This document shows, piece after piece, positions 9,265 through 19,163 of a stretch of 64,000 nucleotides of DNA. This DNA comes from Nitrosopumilaceae archaeon (lineage in GTDB: Archaea; Thermoproteota; Nitrososphaeria; Nitrososphaerales; Nitrosopumilaceae), in the NCBI GenBank assembly GCA_965207375.1, contig OZ242274.1:128001-192000 (forward strand), in the 5' to 3' direction. Position numbers and translations under genes: made by a program. How positions within the stretch are numbered: position 1 is the stretch's first letter; every line of letters starts with the position of its first letter. The notes below the pieces were generated by a model that saw only the letters and a program-made list of their open reading frames with translations, was not told the DNA's origin and made no database searches.

Positions 9265-9540
9265 TCATAAATTATTATTAATTATTTTTTTATTTTTAAA
9301 ATCTACGTGGTCTAAAAGTCCTTCAAAGGATCTGATTGCTTTGTGTATTTCATCAAGTAGTTCTTTTGCAACTGTGGCCGTTTCCCAGAGACTCTCTTCT
9401 TTTTCCTCACGTGTATTACGATTCAATGCATCATTGAATTTGTATGCGTTGTCTATTGTTCGTAAACCCCGCAACACTTCACAAGCCTCTCCCTTGATAA
9501 TCTCAAGTGTTATCTTTTCATATTTATCCATGTTAATCAT
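9265..9540 (-). CDS. Small helical hypothetical protein
   Basis: 91-aa ORF in the same relative position as 7559-7864; shares only a weak LWExA motif. Confidence 0.6.
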   Translation of the reverse strand: MINMDKYEKITLEIIKGEACEVLRGLRTIDNAYKFNDALNRNTREEKEESLWETATVAKELLDEIHKAIRSFEGLLDHVDFKNKKIINNNL

Positions 9541-9553
9541 TAATGTCTGATGG

Positions 9554-10048
9554 TCATGTGTTTTCTTTCTGCTCCAAAAATTGATAGCCTTCTGCTAATA
9601 ATAGAGCCCTAAAATTACTGCTAACCATCTCACATAACTCTATCCATCCATGTCTCTTTAGATACCCCATCTGCGCCATAAGCTCAAATTTGTTGTTATT
9701 TTTTATTTTGTCTAAAATAGCAGATCTATTAACATATTGTTGTGTATCTTCATCATAACTCTCTTTGAGTAATTTTAGTATAGTTTCTCGTTGTTCAAAT
9801 CTTTTACCAACTATAGATGTAGGTAGTTCCTTTTCATATAGATCTATTCCATATGCAGTTATGTGATAATGACTATCATATTTTTCGATGGTACCCTCAA
9901 TCATCAATCGACCTGTTGCTTTGGAAACATCATTTTTGTTTCTATGCACTTTTTGATAAAGATGACCATCATAGATTCCTTGATACTCATCAAAATATGT
10001 GTCGTATAAAATTTTTAGAATCTCTATTTTTATTTCTGGATCAATCAT
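9554..10048 (-). CDS. Hypothetical protein with two winged-helix-like repeats
   Basis: EILKILYD..RLMIEGTIEK..YHITAYGIDLYE and TILKLLKE..YLKRHGWIE..LLAEGYQFLE. Confidence 0.7.
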   Translation of the reverse strand: MIDPEIKIEILKILYDTYFDEYQGIYDGHLYQKVHRNKNDVSKATGRLMIEGTIEKYDSHYHITAYGIDLYEKELPTSIVGKRFEQRETILKLLKESYDEDTQQYVNRSAILDKIKNNNKFELMAQMGYLKRHGWIELCEMVSSNFRALLLAEGYQFLEQKENT

Positions 10049-10523
10049 CTTGCTAGTTTACAATAAGACGTAGTTATATACATTCAAACGAAAATGTGAA
10101 ATTTGTTTTTTTCTATGAGCATCCAACTCTTTTGTATCTGAAAAAATTCATGTATTAACTGTGTCAGTTGGGTATTCCAGTATTAGCCTTAACCTTTTTT
10201 AATAGTTTGAAAACTCAAATCTGATTCTTTGGTTTCTGGTCATATTCTACTACAAAAACAACCTCTTGTGATTTTTGATCATACACTGCCTGCCATTTTG
10301 TTATTATGAATCTAGTGTCAATCAGAAATTCCTCAAAGAGTTTAAGATCAAGAATCTTTACAAGTTTTCCCATATCTAAAAAGATCAGGTGGTATAATAA
10401 AAGGATACACACTCAGATCTCAATTGTAATAGACACAAAATGAATAATCGATTTTATTGGATTAGGTGTGAGTTTGAACTGGAGTTGAACTTGTACATCA
10501 AGAGAACGTCATCTCTACAATTT

Positions 10524-11645
10524 TTATCTGACAATCTTGCCATTTTTAAAAAACTTACATCTTTCCTCATCAAAATGATTGACTATTTCGTTCATTACTG
10601 ACTCTGCAATTGATTCTCGGTTATCCTTTACATACTGTAACGGGTGTTCTCTGTTTACATCAATGTGTACTTTATATTCGTCAGGTCCATCTACAGAATC
10701 AAAACTTTTGGGAAATCTTATCATGGAATTTGATTCAATACATACTGATAATCTAACTTCACCAAAATACCCATAATGAAACAATATTTCACTACCAAAT
10801 TCCAGTGCCTGCAAAAGTCCAACTACCGTATCTTTTTCATCGAATATCATAGGGGTCCTGTGTTTAAAATACTGTTTATACACAATGCATCCATTTCTGT
10901 GTATTTCTATAGTAGGCATGTAATCGAACCCCGCATCACATTTTATCCCCTTACCAAAAAAGTTCAAACGTGGAAAATTTATCGGACAGCAAGGTGTACT
11001 GTATTTCGGTTTAATCCTTGTAATCCATTCCAGTTTTGTATAATCTGATGTGTCGATTAGTCGATGCTCAATGTTTGAGGGAATTATAATTATGTTCAGA
11101 TTAATACCATCTGAAATAAGCGCTTTACTTGGTGTGTTATCGCTTATGTATTGTTTCAGAGTATCATGATTTGAAAATCTTCGCTTGTAGCAATCACAAA
11201 CTTCCTGTTCTGTCATCGCACCGGATTTGAATTGAAATCTCTTGTAATATTTTTCATCCTTGGAATCAAAGTATGGTTTAAGACTGCTGTCGGGGATACG
11301 TATTATCATAATGGTTTTCTGATTATCAGGTTGAACCTTAACAAGCTGTATTTTTATTGGAAGTCTTGGAACTATATTTGATAAAACAATCTGTTCTATT
11401 CTTTCCTTGTTTATGTCATCTGTCAGCCCTATGATCTCTTCAGGATGTCCTCCACGGCCAGATTCTTTTATTCCAAAAATAATATCACCACCACGTGTAT
11501 TTGCAAAGGCACATACGTGCCTCAGTAGATCTGCATCCTTTATCATTATTTCTTTGTAATCTAATGTATCGCTTTCATCCACTTTGTCAACTAGTAATTT
11601 TTCTATGTCAGAGTACTGAATGCTCTCTATGTCCTTGTTTATCAT
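10524..11645 (-). CDS. Schlafen/AlbA_2 domain protein
   Basis: ESDTLDYKE, CAFANTRGGDIIFGIKE and KPY..YYKR motifs; start moved to the ATG of MINKD. Confidence 0.85.
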   Translation of the reverse strand: MINKDIESIQYSDIEKLLVDKVDESDTLDYKEIMIKDADLLRHVCAFANTRGGDIIFGIKESGRGGHPEEIIGLTDDINKERIEQIVLSNIVPRLPIKIQLVKVQPDNQKTIMIIRIPDSSLKPYFDSKDEKYYKRFQFKSGAMTEQEVCDCYKRRFSNHDTLKQYISDNTPSKALISDGINLNIIIIPSNIEHRLIDTSDYTKLEWITRIKPKYSTPCCPINFPRLNFFGKGIKCDAGFDYMPTIEIHRNGCIVYKQYFKHRTPMIFDEKDTVVGLLQALEFGSEILFHYGYFGEVRLSVCIESNSMIRFPKSFDSVDGPDEYKVHIDVNREHPLQYVKDNRESIAESVMNEIVNHFDEERCKFFKNGKIVR

Positions 11646-11697
11646 TGATCTATATCTCAATAATTCATAATAAAAAAAGGTTAACACGTTAACGTTA

Positions 11698-11868
11698 TCA
11701 CGCTAACATGGGGGTCTGGGTCCGGAACGCCATCATTCTAAATGCCTGTGACTTTGGTATGTGACCGTCCTTTGCCATTTGAACCAACTGTAGATGTTCT
11801 GCCTCTGTAAGTGATACAGTGACTGAACGCCTTCTTGGAATCTTTTTGCCTGTTATTCTTTCTACCAT
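11698..11868 (-). CDS. Small ribbon-helix-helix (CopG-like) protein, not in the ORF track
   Basis: Manual translation: MVERITGKKIPRRRSVTVSLTEAEHLQLVQMAKDGHIPKSQAFRMMAFRTQTPMLA (56 aa), beta-alpha-alpha pattern. Confidence 0.65.
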   Translation of the reverse strand: MVERITGKKIPRRRSVTVSLTEAEHLQLVQMAKDGHIPKSQAFRMMAFRTQTPMLA

Positions 11869-12275
11869 CTTTTCAAGGTCTACTAAACCACATGGATTAT
11901 GATGAAGAACAGTCGATCTGAAACCAGATTATTCACGATTTGCATTCTAAACTCATCATAACCTGTATTCACAGAATCATTTTCTACTGTTAAATCGTTC
12001 AAATCAATTTTCAAACTAAACAAGGATACAAAACGTTCTGATTATACTTGATCAGGTTATGTAAATTCCTGTTATTTCACCTGATCAAGTATATCTGCTG
12101 AATCTACCCATGTAGAGACACGCGGCTGAATCTGTGCTTATCGCACATCCTGTAGAGTCATTTTCTGCTATTAAATCTGCCTGAATCTTGCAAATTATAT
12201 CACACAAAAACAAGAACTGATGAAAAAAATAACTACACATGACGATACCATCATTGAGCTTTATTGCAAAACCTA

Positions 12276-12479
12276 CTATATTTCCCATTCTGACGGCGTC
12301 TTGTCGCTGGTATAAATTATTAGAAATATACCCAAAACAGCCACGCTATAGACCAAACATAATGCCACAATACGCCATACAAAATCATGAATCGATGCAG
12401 GAACTATCAGCAGGACAACGAACCAAAAACAAAGAAAAAATCCAAGTACACGCATTTCACGATATTTTTGTGGATACTG
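12276..12479 (-). pseudogene. Two-TM membrane protein fragment abutting the IS left end
   Basis: Frame is open up to the IS boundary: QYPQKYREMRVLGFFLCFWFVVLLIVPASIHDFVWRIVALCLVYSVAVLGIFLIIYTSDKTPSEWEI. Confidence 0.45.
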
Positions 12480-14261
12480 GTAACTGTTTCGCTTTTTGAA
12501 GCTTCAATCTAGTTATATGCCTCAGATTTGCTTGCCAAGTAATTCGTACCTGTTGATCTAATTTTCTTTACATTCTATCTAAAACATGCATGATGTAATG
12601 TTCCATCGGCTTTCAAATGATGGAACAAGCACACCAGCAAAACAGACTCGTAGATTACCTATTTAAGCTAAACAAACTAGCAGTATCAAATCAGAATTAC
12701 AGGGGCAAAAAGAATTGACCCGTTCTGAGGCCCAATCTAACATACCACACGCAGATAGACCGTGCCTTGAGAAAGAGTGCAGGTGCTGTAAATGGTGGTT
12801 GCAACAAACCGGCATTGACAAGATGTCATGTACAAATAATGTCAAAGAGGTATCTGAGATAATATCCAAAAAGCAAGAGAAATCAGACAGGTTGATTATA
12901 GAAAACACATCTCTTACCAAAGACAACAAAAAGTATCAAAAGGCAAACCAAGAGTTAAGAGCAAAGAAAAACGGCATCAAGGCAGTAACTGCAGCAGACA
13001 AATCAGGTAACAAGGACAAACCTAGGGGTAGACCCAAGGGGCAAAAAGCCACCATCAACAGGCGACCAGACAACATAGACCGAGAAGAAACAATAGATGA
13101 TCCTTGCTGTCCTGACTGTGGCGCAAAGATGTCAGAAACGATAACTAGTCAATACGATAGGGTGGCCACCATTGTACAAACCATACGGGAAAACGTACTA
13201 TTCAACATGAAAAGACGCTGGTGTTCTAAATGTAAAAAGCAAAAATCCCAGCCCATTCCAGGAGTGGACAAGTATGCGCGTAGATCATCAAGCCATACGG
13301 CTGCAATCACATCTTTGAACCTGTCAGGCATGTCGCACGGCAGGACTGCAGAGCATTCAAAGGACATAATGGGGGTAAACATATCACGCGCAGCAGCATA
13401 TCGCGACAAGATGTCATTGACCAAAAAATGTACACCCATGCGGGATTCCATAAGAGAAGATATTCTCAAGGAGCAAAACCTAATGTGTGACGAGTTCTGG
13501 TGGCCAATTGATGGCAAGCAAGGATACGTGCTGGCTGCACTAGGCAAGAATAACTGTCTGATGGAGGTATCCCAAACCAGAAAAATAGAGGCATTAAAGA
13601 AATTTCTGCCTGGATACAAGGGAGTTTCATCGCATGACTCGTATCCGGGCTGGCTACACATAGGACTGATTCATCAGATGTGCATGGCACACCAGATTCG
13701 GCTGCCAAAAAAAGAAATCAAATACGGCAATCCCAAGGGAGATGTACTACAGTTTCTAAACGAACTTGAACATCTATGCAAGCAACACTATACTGCAAAC
13801 AAGATAACTGATATGCACTCAAGAAAGGTGGCAGCCAACTGTCTTGACAGTCAAATGCGTCAGCTTATGAATGCAGAATGGACAGATGACAAGCACGGCA
13901 CGATACGCAGGTTCCAAAAGAGATGGAGGAGGGAAGGATACTACACCACTACGTTTCTGACAATGGAGGGGATTGAACCTGACAACAACAGAGTGGAGAG
14001 AATGAACCGGCGTTTTGTATCAATACGGCATGATGGAGGTGGGAATCGTTCTGCTGCAGGTATGGAGGCCAATTCCATACTGTTTACAATACTTGCAACT
14101 AGCAAGATTCAAAATACTGTCTTTTATGACATTTTACAAAATTCCTACAGTCCAGGATAGCATTATTTCTGTATATTATATCCTGAGTAATGGCAAATTG
14201 CAAATGATAGGGGATGTTGCGCATGACTATCTGAGAGAGCTTCAAAAAGCGAAACAGTTAC
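12480..14261 (+). mobile_element. IS66-family element A (single ORF, ISBst12-like group)
   Basis: Perfect 24-bp terminal inverted repeats gtaactgtttcgctttttgaagct (12480-12503) and agcttcaaaaagcgaaacagttac (14238-14261); no target-site duplication. Confidence 0.93.
12715..14160 (+). CDS. IS66-family DDE transposase
   Basis: Coiled coil, GRPKGQK, CPDC..CSKC zinc finger, CDE, HDSY, HQMCMAHQIR, DNNRVERMNR. Confidence 0.92.
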   Translation: MTRSEAQSNIPHADRPCLEKECRCCKWWLQQTGIDKMSCTNNVKEVSEIISKKQEKSDRLIIENTSLTKDNKKYQKANQELRAKKNGIKAVTAADKSGNKDKPRGRPKGQKATINRRPDNIDREETIDDPCCPDCGAKMSETITSQYDRVATIVQTIRENVLFNMKRRWCSKCKKQKSQPIPGVDKYARRSSSHTAAITSLNLSGMSHGRTAEHSKDIMGVNISRAAAYRDKMSLTKKCTPMRDSIREDILKEQNLMCDEFWWPIDGKQGYVLAALGKNNCLMEVSQTRKIEALKKFLPGYKGVSSHDSYPGWLHIGLIHQMCMAHQIRLPKKEIKYGNPKGDVLQFLNELEHLCKQHYTANKITDMHSRKVAANCLDSQMRQLMNAEWTDDKHGTIRRFQKRWRREGYYTTTFLTMEGIEPDNNRVERMNRRFVSIRHDGGGNRSAAGMEANSILFTILATSKIQNTVFYDILQNSYSPG

Positions 14262-15122
14262 GATGGTATCTAAACGGCAAACTGTGCTGGGCATGGGTGT
14301 TTCATTCTGTATATACGGTAGTATATCACATCGCACAATCTAGAAGCAAAATGGTATCTGAGACGTTTCTAAAGGATTTTGAAGGCATACTGATGGGTGA
14401 CTCTCATCCCGGATGGAGTGTTGCAGATATACTTCAAAAATGCCTGCTACACTATTTCAGAGACATGTATAGAACGCTTGAAAAAAATGACAAAAAAGAA
14501 TTTCAAACATTCTTTGATGAACTATACAAGATACTAAAATCTGCAATAAAGCTTGGCAAAAAACACGACACAGTACAGGACATTCCAAAGCGCAGCATAA
14601 CTAAACTGCAAAAAAGAATCAATGCACTTGCTACAGGAACATATGAGGATACAGATTGTCTCAGATATGTAAAGCGACTAAAACGCGAGGGTAACTCTTT
14701 GCTAACATTTCTAAAATATGATGGTGTGCCGTACCACAACAATGCAAGCGAGCAGGCAATGCGCATATTTGCTATAATGAGGAAGATATTCTACGGTAGT
14801 CGCTCAGAGAGAGGCCTAAAAACCACAGAGATACGTCAAAGCATATTTGCCACATGTGAAAGGCGCGATGTAAATCCGTATCATTTCGTCAAGGAGTATC
14901 TGCGTGGAAATATCAAAGAAATTCCCATGCCAAAAGTCACAGTTGCTGCATGATACCATCAAATGTACAGTGTATAATACACAAAATTTGTTACTGTATG
15001 ATCATTTCTGTAATCTGAATCTGTTGTATACTGGTTCATTGACGTAAACTGCACCGGGGTTTTGCATGCAGTTTCATGGGTCATCTAAATCCCAGAGTAA
15101 CTTCAGAAAGTCGATCTGTTAC
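14262..15122 (+). mobile_element. Truncated copy (right 861 bp) of IS66 element B
   Basis: Matches 22367-23227 with no differences seen, including the right end ..gtcgatctgttac. The transposase remnant ends at 14953; the 5' part of ORF 14015-14953 is IS-A sequence. Confidence 0.93.
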
Positions 15123-15643
15123 GAAGATACACACAATTTAATGAAATCTGCAATGGTATAGTATAATTAATTTTGACAGGGATTTTTTAATCGAATTTAA
15201 TTTTCGGCTATTTGATGATACATTAAAAATAAAATTATATCAAAATAGGTCATAATCTTAGACTCTGGTCAAGAAGAAACATAATAAAATTAAATCAGGT
15301 GAGGTATTCAGGATTAGACAAAATTAAGAACTAGATTAAATTTTCTAGATCAAAATTTGATTATAATGGCCTAGATTTTGATGATTTTGTAAGTCATAGC
15401 AAAACAGAAACTAGATAGTATCAGGTATATTCAAATTTCAAAATTCAGATTCATATTTTTAATTAACAATGACATTGAAATTTTGAAACATAAAATTACA
15501 ATAAATGAACCAGTACTAGTTTGAACTCAAATTTTATAGATTACAATTTGATATTATCATACTGCACAAATGTAATTAAAATGATTTTAAAAAATTAAAT
15601 TATAATTAGGAATAAAGTATAATGGTCAAGTGCTTGACTGATA

Positions 15644-16660
15644 ATGTTATTATGCATTGGCGTGCAGTATAACAGTATGAAATGGAGTCCGCATGTGGAA
15701 GGAGAATTTGTGTGCAGCCATCTAGCCTCTAACCTTGCAGATTTAGTACTAGTTCTCACAAGGCATAAAAAATTCTACAAAACTAGCATGGTACACGTGG
15801 GAAAGAACTGCCACAACAACACACTTTTTGTCTATTATTCATGCAAAGGATGCTTTGATGCAGTACATTCTGTCTCGATACAGTATAAACATCAGGAAAT
15901 AGGAGAATCTGGCAGATATAAAATAACTGGAAACGTAATAAATTACAATCAAAGTCATCAAATGTACCAAAATATCATTTTAGGCGCCGATAGATATCTT
16001 GCAACAAGGAGAAAAATAAACGATAATATCGGCTCTGGGTACAGCTTTGACAGACAAAAGGCTCTGACAATCTGGGATGATGCCTGCATGATAGCCTTTG
16101 AGGACTATATGGGGGACAGAGCAGAAGATCTTTTTGCACGCTGGGACAAATGGAAGAAACAACAGGGCAAGACCAACACCCAAGAAAAGACACGAATAAC
16201 CAGGCTTGCCAAGGCCAAATTGGCAAAAGCTATCGAAATAATAGACAATGAGGGCATGCCCCATTTGGCATTTGATCAATACGTCTATTTCTTTGATAAA
16301 TTCGGAAAGATGTGTGACATGTGTTTTGTGGTATTTGCCCAAAGAGGCACCACCTGCAGATTCTGTAGAGGTTTTACCCAGACTGAGATAAACCGGCTAA
16401 AACGACTAGAAAATAGAATCAAAAAGAGGTTCAACAGGCTAAAACATGATGATGCAGACAAAAAGGACTCGATTTCTAAAAGAATCGAGGATGATGGCAG
16501 ACAGGTGGTAATTTCAGAGATGATTGAGGAAAAGGGAACAAACGAGACATTTTCTGAACTCAAGGAGATGTATGGGTACCGAACTGCACGTGAATTGACC
16601 GGAGCAGATCCAGACGAGTACGATGACGGCCTGAGTGAAGCAGAGAGAAATGAAACATAG
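15644..16660 (+). CDS. Hypothetical protein with CxxC pairs and an acidic tail
   Basis: Long ORF containing CDMC..CRFC; no family recognised; true start may be the ATG of MKWSPH. Confidence 0.65.
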   Translation: MLLCIGVQYNSMKWSPHVEGEFVCSHLASNLADLVLVLTRHKKFYKTSMVHVGKNCHNNTLFVYYSCKGCFDAVHSVSIQYKHQEIGESGRYKITGNVINYNQSHQMYQNIILGADRYLATRRKINDNIGSGYSFDRQKALTIWDDACMIAFEDYMGDRAEDLFARWDKWKKQQGKTNTQEKTRITRLAKAKLAKAIEIIDNEGMPHLAFDQYVYFFDKFGKMCDMCFVVFAQRGTTCRFCRGFTQTEINRLKRLENRIKKRFNRLKHDDADKKDSISKRIEDDGRQVVISEMIEEKGTNETFSELKEMYGYRTARELTGADPDEYDDGLSEAERNET

Positions 16661-17271
16661 AATCTATGGTATAGTTTGTACATTTGGTAGGTCTAGATTG
16701 TGTTCCATTGAGATCTACGTACTTTTTCACGTATTAGTGTTAATTTGTGCCCAGATGATACAATGATTGAAAAATTAGACACTAGGTGAACAAGTACGAT
16801 ATGATTAAAGAGCAACAAGCCGTGACGTTTCAAATTAATTCAATGAATATGAGAGGCATCAAGCGTTGGAGACCCGGGTTCCCTCTACTAAAGTGCTCGA
16901 AGCACAGACAGGTATTGGTTATTTCCAGTTCTAGCCTCTCATGGCATATGTTAGACGATCAAATAAAAACATGATCTTGAAATTTCAATTTTTTTGAAAT
17001 CAAGGTCTATTTTTAATTCTGAATCAGGCTGAAATTAAATCATAATCAAATGATAATATTTCAATTAAAATCAGAAAACAATGCATAATTTACACGTGTA
17101 TGAAATGATACAGTGCACAACTTTTTCATTATGTTGTTAGGTTTGAAATAATATGGCTAAAATGGCGTACAGTGCTGAGTCATATATTCAAAGTGCAGTT
17201 TCTGATCGCCTCGATCAGGTACCAGGTTTTTGAGAAAATCAAGAGTACTTTGCTTGTAAAAGACAGTGATT

Positions 17272-17388
17272 AGCTTACGCCAGCTACGCCCAAGCTTACC
17301 GTTTTTTTTAAATATTTTTAGACTTTTTTTTAAAATATACATAATACTTTGGCAAATTCCGTAAGCTCAGCCGTGATCCGTGTAAGCT
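17272..17388. other. Putative replication origin: inverted iteron pairs around an AT-rich core
   Basis: AGCTTAC at 17272 and 17293, GTAAGCT at 17361 and 17382 (21-bp spacing on each side), T-tract core between; located at the 3' end of the primase-helicase gene. Confidence 0.6.
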
Positions 17389-19061
17389 GTTACGATAGTT
17401 TGAGTGTCATCGTCACGTACTAGTGCTAGATCCTTCCAGTATCTGGTGTTTTCCCCATCAATCCTAGTGATTCCCTGTTTGTGTCCGTGTTTTTCCATTA
17501 GTTGGTTAAATTTAGTATTGGTCTTTTCTGGTTTTTGTAATGTCTTACAGAATAAAGTATACGCAGTATGAACGGCACCTACTGTGGCATGGGATTCATT
17601 GTCCCTCCTTGGCCTTAGTCTTGTCATAATAAATAGGGTGGCAACATCAGAGTTACTCTGCCATAACTCCTTGACTAGTGCCGTATCCTGAGTATACGTA
17701 AAGTCTTTGTTGATGACATCTTGCAGATAAAATATCAGTGAGTTTAGTATTTTTGTTCTTTGCTCTGGCGTTTTCAGATTGTTTTCAAGTAATGTGTCAC
17801 GATCAAATTTTTTCACAAACGGTAAGATTCTGAACCTGTCAAGTATTGATTCGGACCATTCAGACGGGTTAGGCATCTCATTACAGGAGAAAAACATCAT
17901 GGCAGTAATATCTGCCTTGTGTGCCTGCACATTCTTTGCCTGTACAGACAGCATGTCACCCGGAATTACAAGCCTCTTGATTTTATTAGAGCCCTCAAGG
18001 GCATCTGATGGAATATCTGCAGATATGTTGGCTAGACTGCCCTCCAAATTAGATGCTGCAAATCGGTCGTTTTGTATGTCTTGTAGATCCTCAGATGACG
18101 TACAGTTTTGACCCAGCACTGCCTGATACGTGTTAAGTATGGTTGATTTTCCATTGCGGCCGTCACCCACCATACAAATTAGGGCACGTGGATGGTATTT
18201 TCCCCTAGTCAGGCTTGCAGCCATGTATTGCAACAACATTGTACCGTTTTTCTGGCCTGCTGCCCACATCACCATGTCCTCAAACATCTCTTCTCTGCCA
18301 TGTTCTGGCTTGAATTCGGTGTCAATCTGTATGAGTGACTTTATGTCTCTTTGAATCATCTTACCTATTCTAAGATCTACAAATCCATTTTTGCAGTTTA
18401 GGATCATCGGATCTGCGTCAAATTCACTTCTTTCATGCAGACATTGATCTTTCACTGCTGCTACCACTGCATTAACTATGTAGGGTTTCCAGTATTTCTC
18501 ATCAATTCCATCGTGTAGAATTTTTCGAAGTACTGCCTCACCATGTACACAATAAACACCGTTTTCTTCATGATACAGCTGTTTTGGGGTGTCTCGGATT
18601 ACTGCAAAATTGTGTTTTTCCAAAATTTCTGCTGCAATTGCCTTAACAGGTGGCAACTCGGCCTTCCCATCATAATCATGTACCAAAGAGATGGGTACTT
18701 GGCTCTTACCCATTTTCTTTAACCTGATTTTCTCAAAGTCGGTCTCTATCAGAGCCTCATTTGTGATACTAGCCTTTTCAAATTTTAGACGGTCGTAGTC
18801 TCTCATTACATTATGATTGTAATGGCCCTTGTCGTAGATACTTAGGATATGCTCTTTACAATCTGCGCACCATGGGGTTTCTTTTGTAATGGCTATTTTC
18901 TCGTCATATTCAGTGAATTTATGACCCTTTTCTTTGCAATAATTAAGACATAAACTACTAGAGGCGTCCTTTTTGGAATCGGCATAGTATTTCCCACAGA
19001 TCTCACAATCAACTAACCTTAGTGGAAGTTTAGTCAATTCCAAAACCTCTCCCTTTGACAA
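17367..19061 (-). CDS. Phage/plasmid P4/D5-family SF3 helicase (primase-helicase type) with Cys/His-rich N-terminus
   Basis: LNCKNGFVDL (D5_N-like), Walker A GDGRNGKST, LANISAD, FSCNEMP, DRFRILPF and C-terminal wHTH. Confidence 0.9.
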   Translation of the reverse strand: MSKGEVLELTKLPLRLVDCEICGKYYADSKKDASSSLCLNYCKEKGHKFTEYDEKIAITKETPWCADCKEHILSIYDKGHYNHNVMRDYDRLKFEKASITNEALIETDFEKIRLKKMGKSQVPISLVHDYDGKAELPPVKAIAAEILEKHNFAVIRDTPKQLYHEENGVYCVHGEAVLRKILHDGIDEKYWKPYIVNAVVAAVKDQCLHERSEFDADPMILNCKNGFVDLRIGKMIQRDIKSLIQIDTEFKPEHGREEMFEDMVMWAAGQKNGTMLLQYMAASLTRGKYHPRALICMVGDGRNGKSTILNTYQAVLGQNCTSSEDLQDIQNDRFAASNLEGSLANISADIPSDALEGSNKIKRLVIPGDMLSVQAKNVQAHKADITAMMFFSCNEMPNPSEWSESILDRFRILPFVKKFDRDTLLENNLKTPEQRTKILNSLIFYLQDVINKDFTYTQDTALVKELWQSNSDVATLFIMTRLRPRRDNESHATVGAVHTAYTLFCKTLQKPEKTNTKFNQLMEKHGHKQGITRIDGENTRYWKDLALVRDDDTQTIVTAYTDHG

Positions 19062-19163
19062 GCATTGTCAATTGTCCGTAGATGCCATACATTGCACATA
19101 TATCACCAATCTGGACATGTTTACAGTGCAGTACAGGTGTCTCAGAGATTGAAGATACAGTCA

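Noticed and set aside
14015-14261. 5' part of the 312-aa ORF 14015-14953
   Set aside because: It is a fortuitous open frame across the IS-A end; only the part from 14262 is transposase-derived.
6491-16799. 14-bp direct match gtgaacaagtacga at 6494 and 16786, both preceded by cta(g)
   Set aside because: A match of this length is expected by chance in 64 kb, and it is unrelated to either tRNA end, so it is not supported as an att site.
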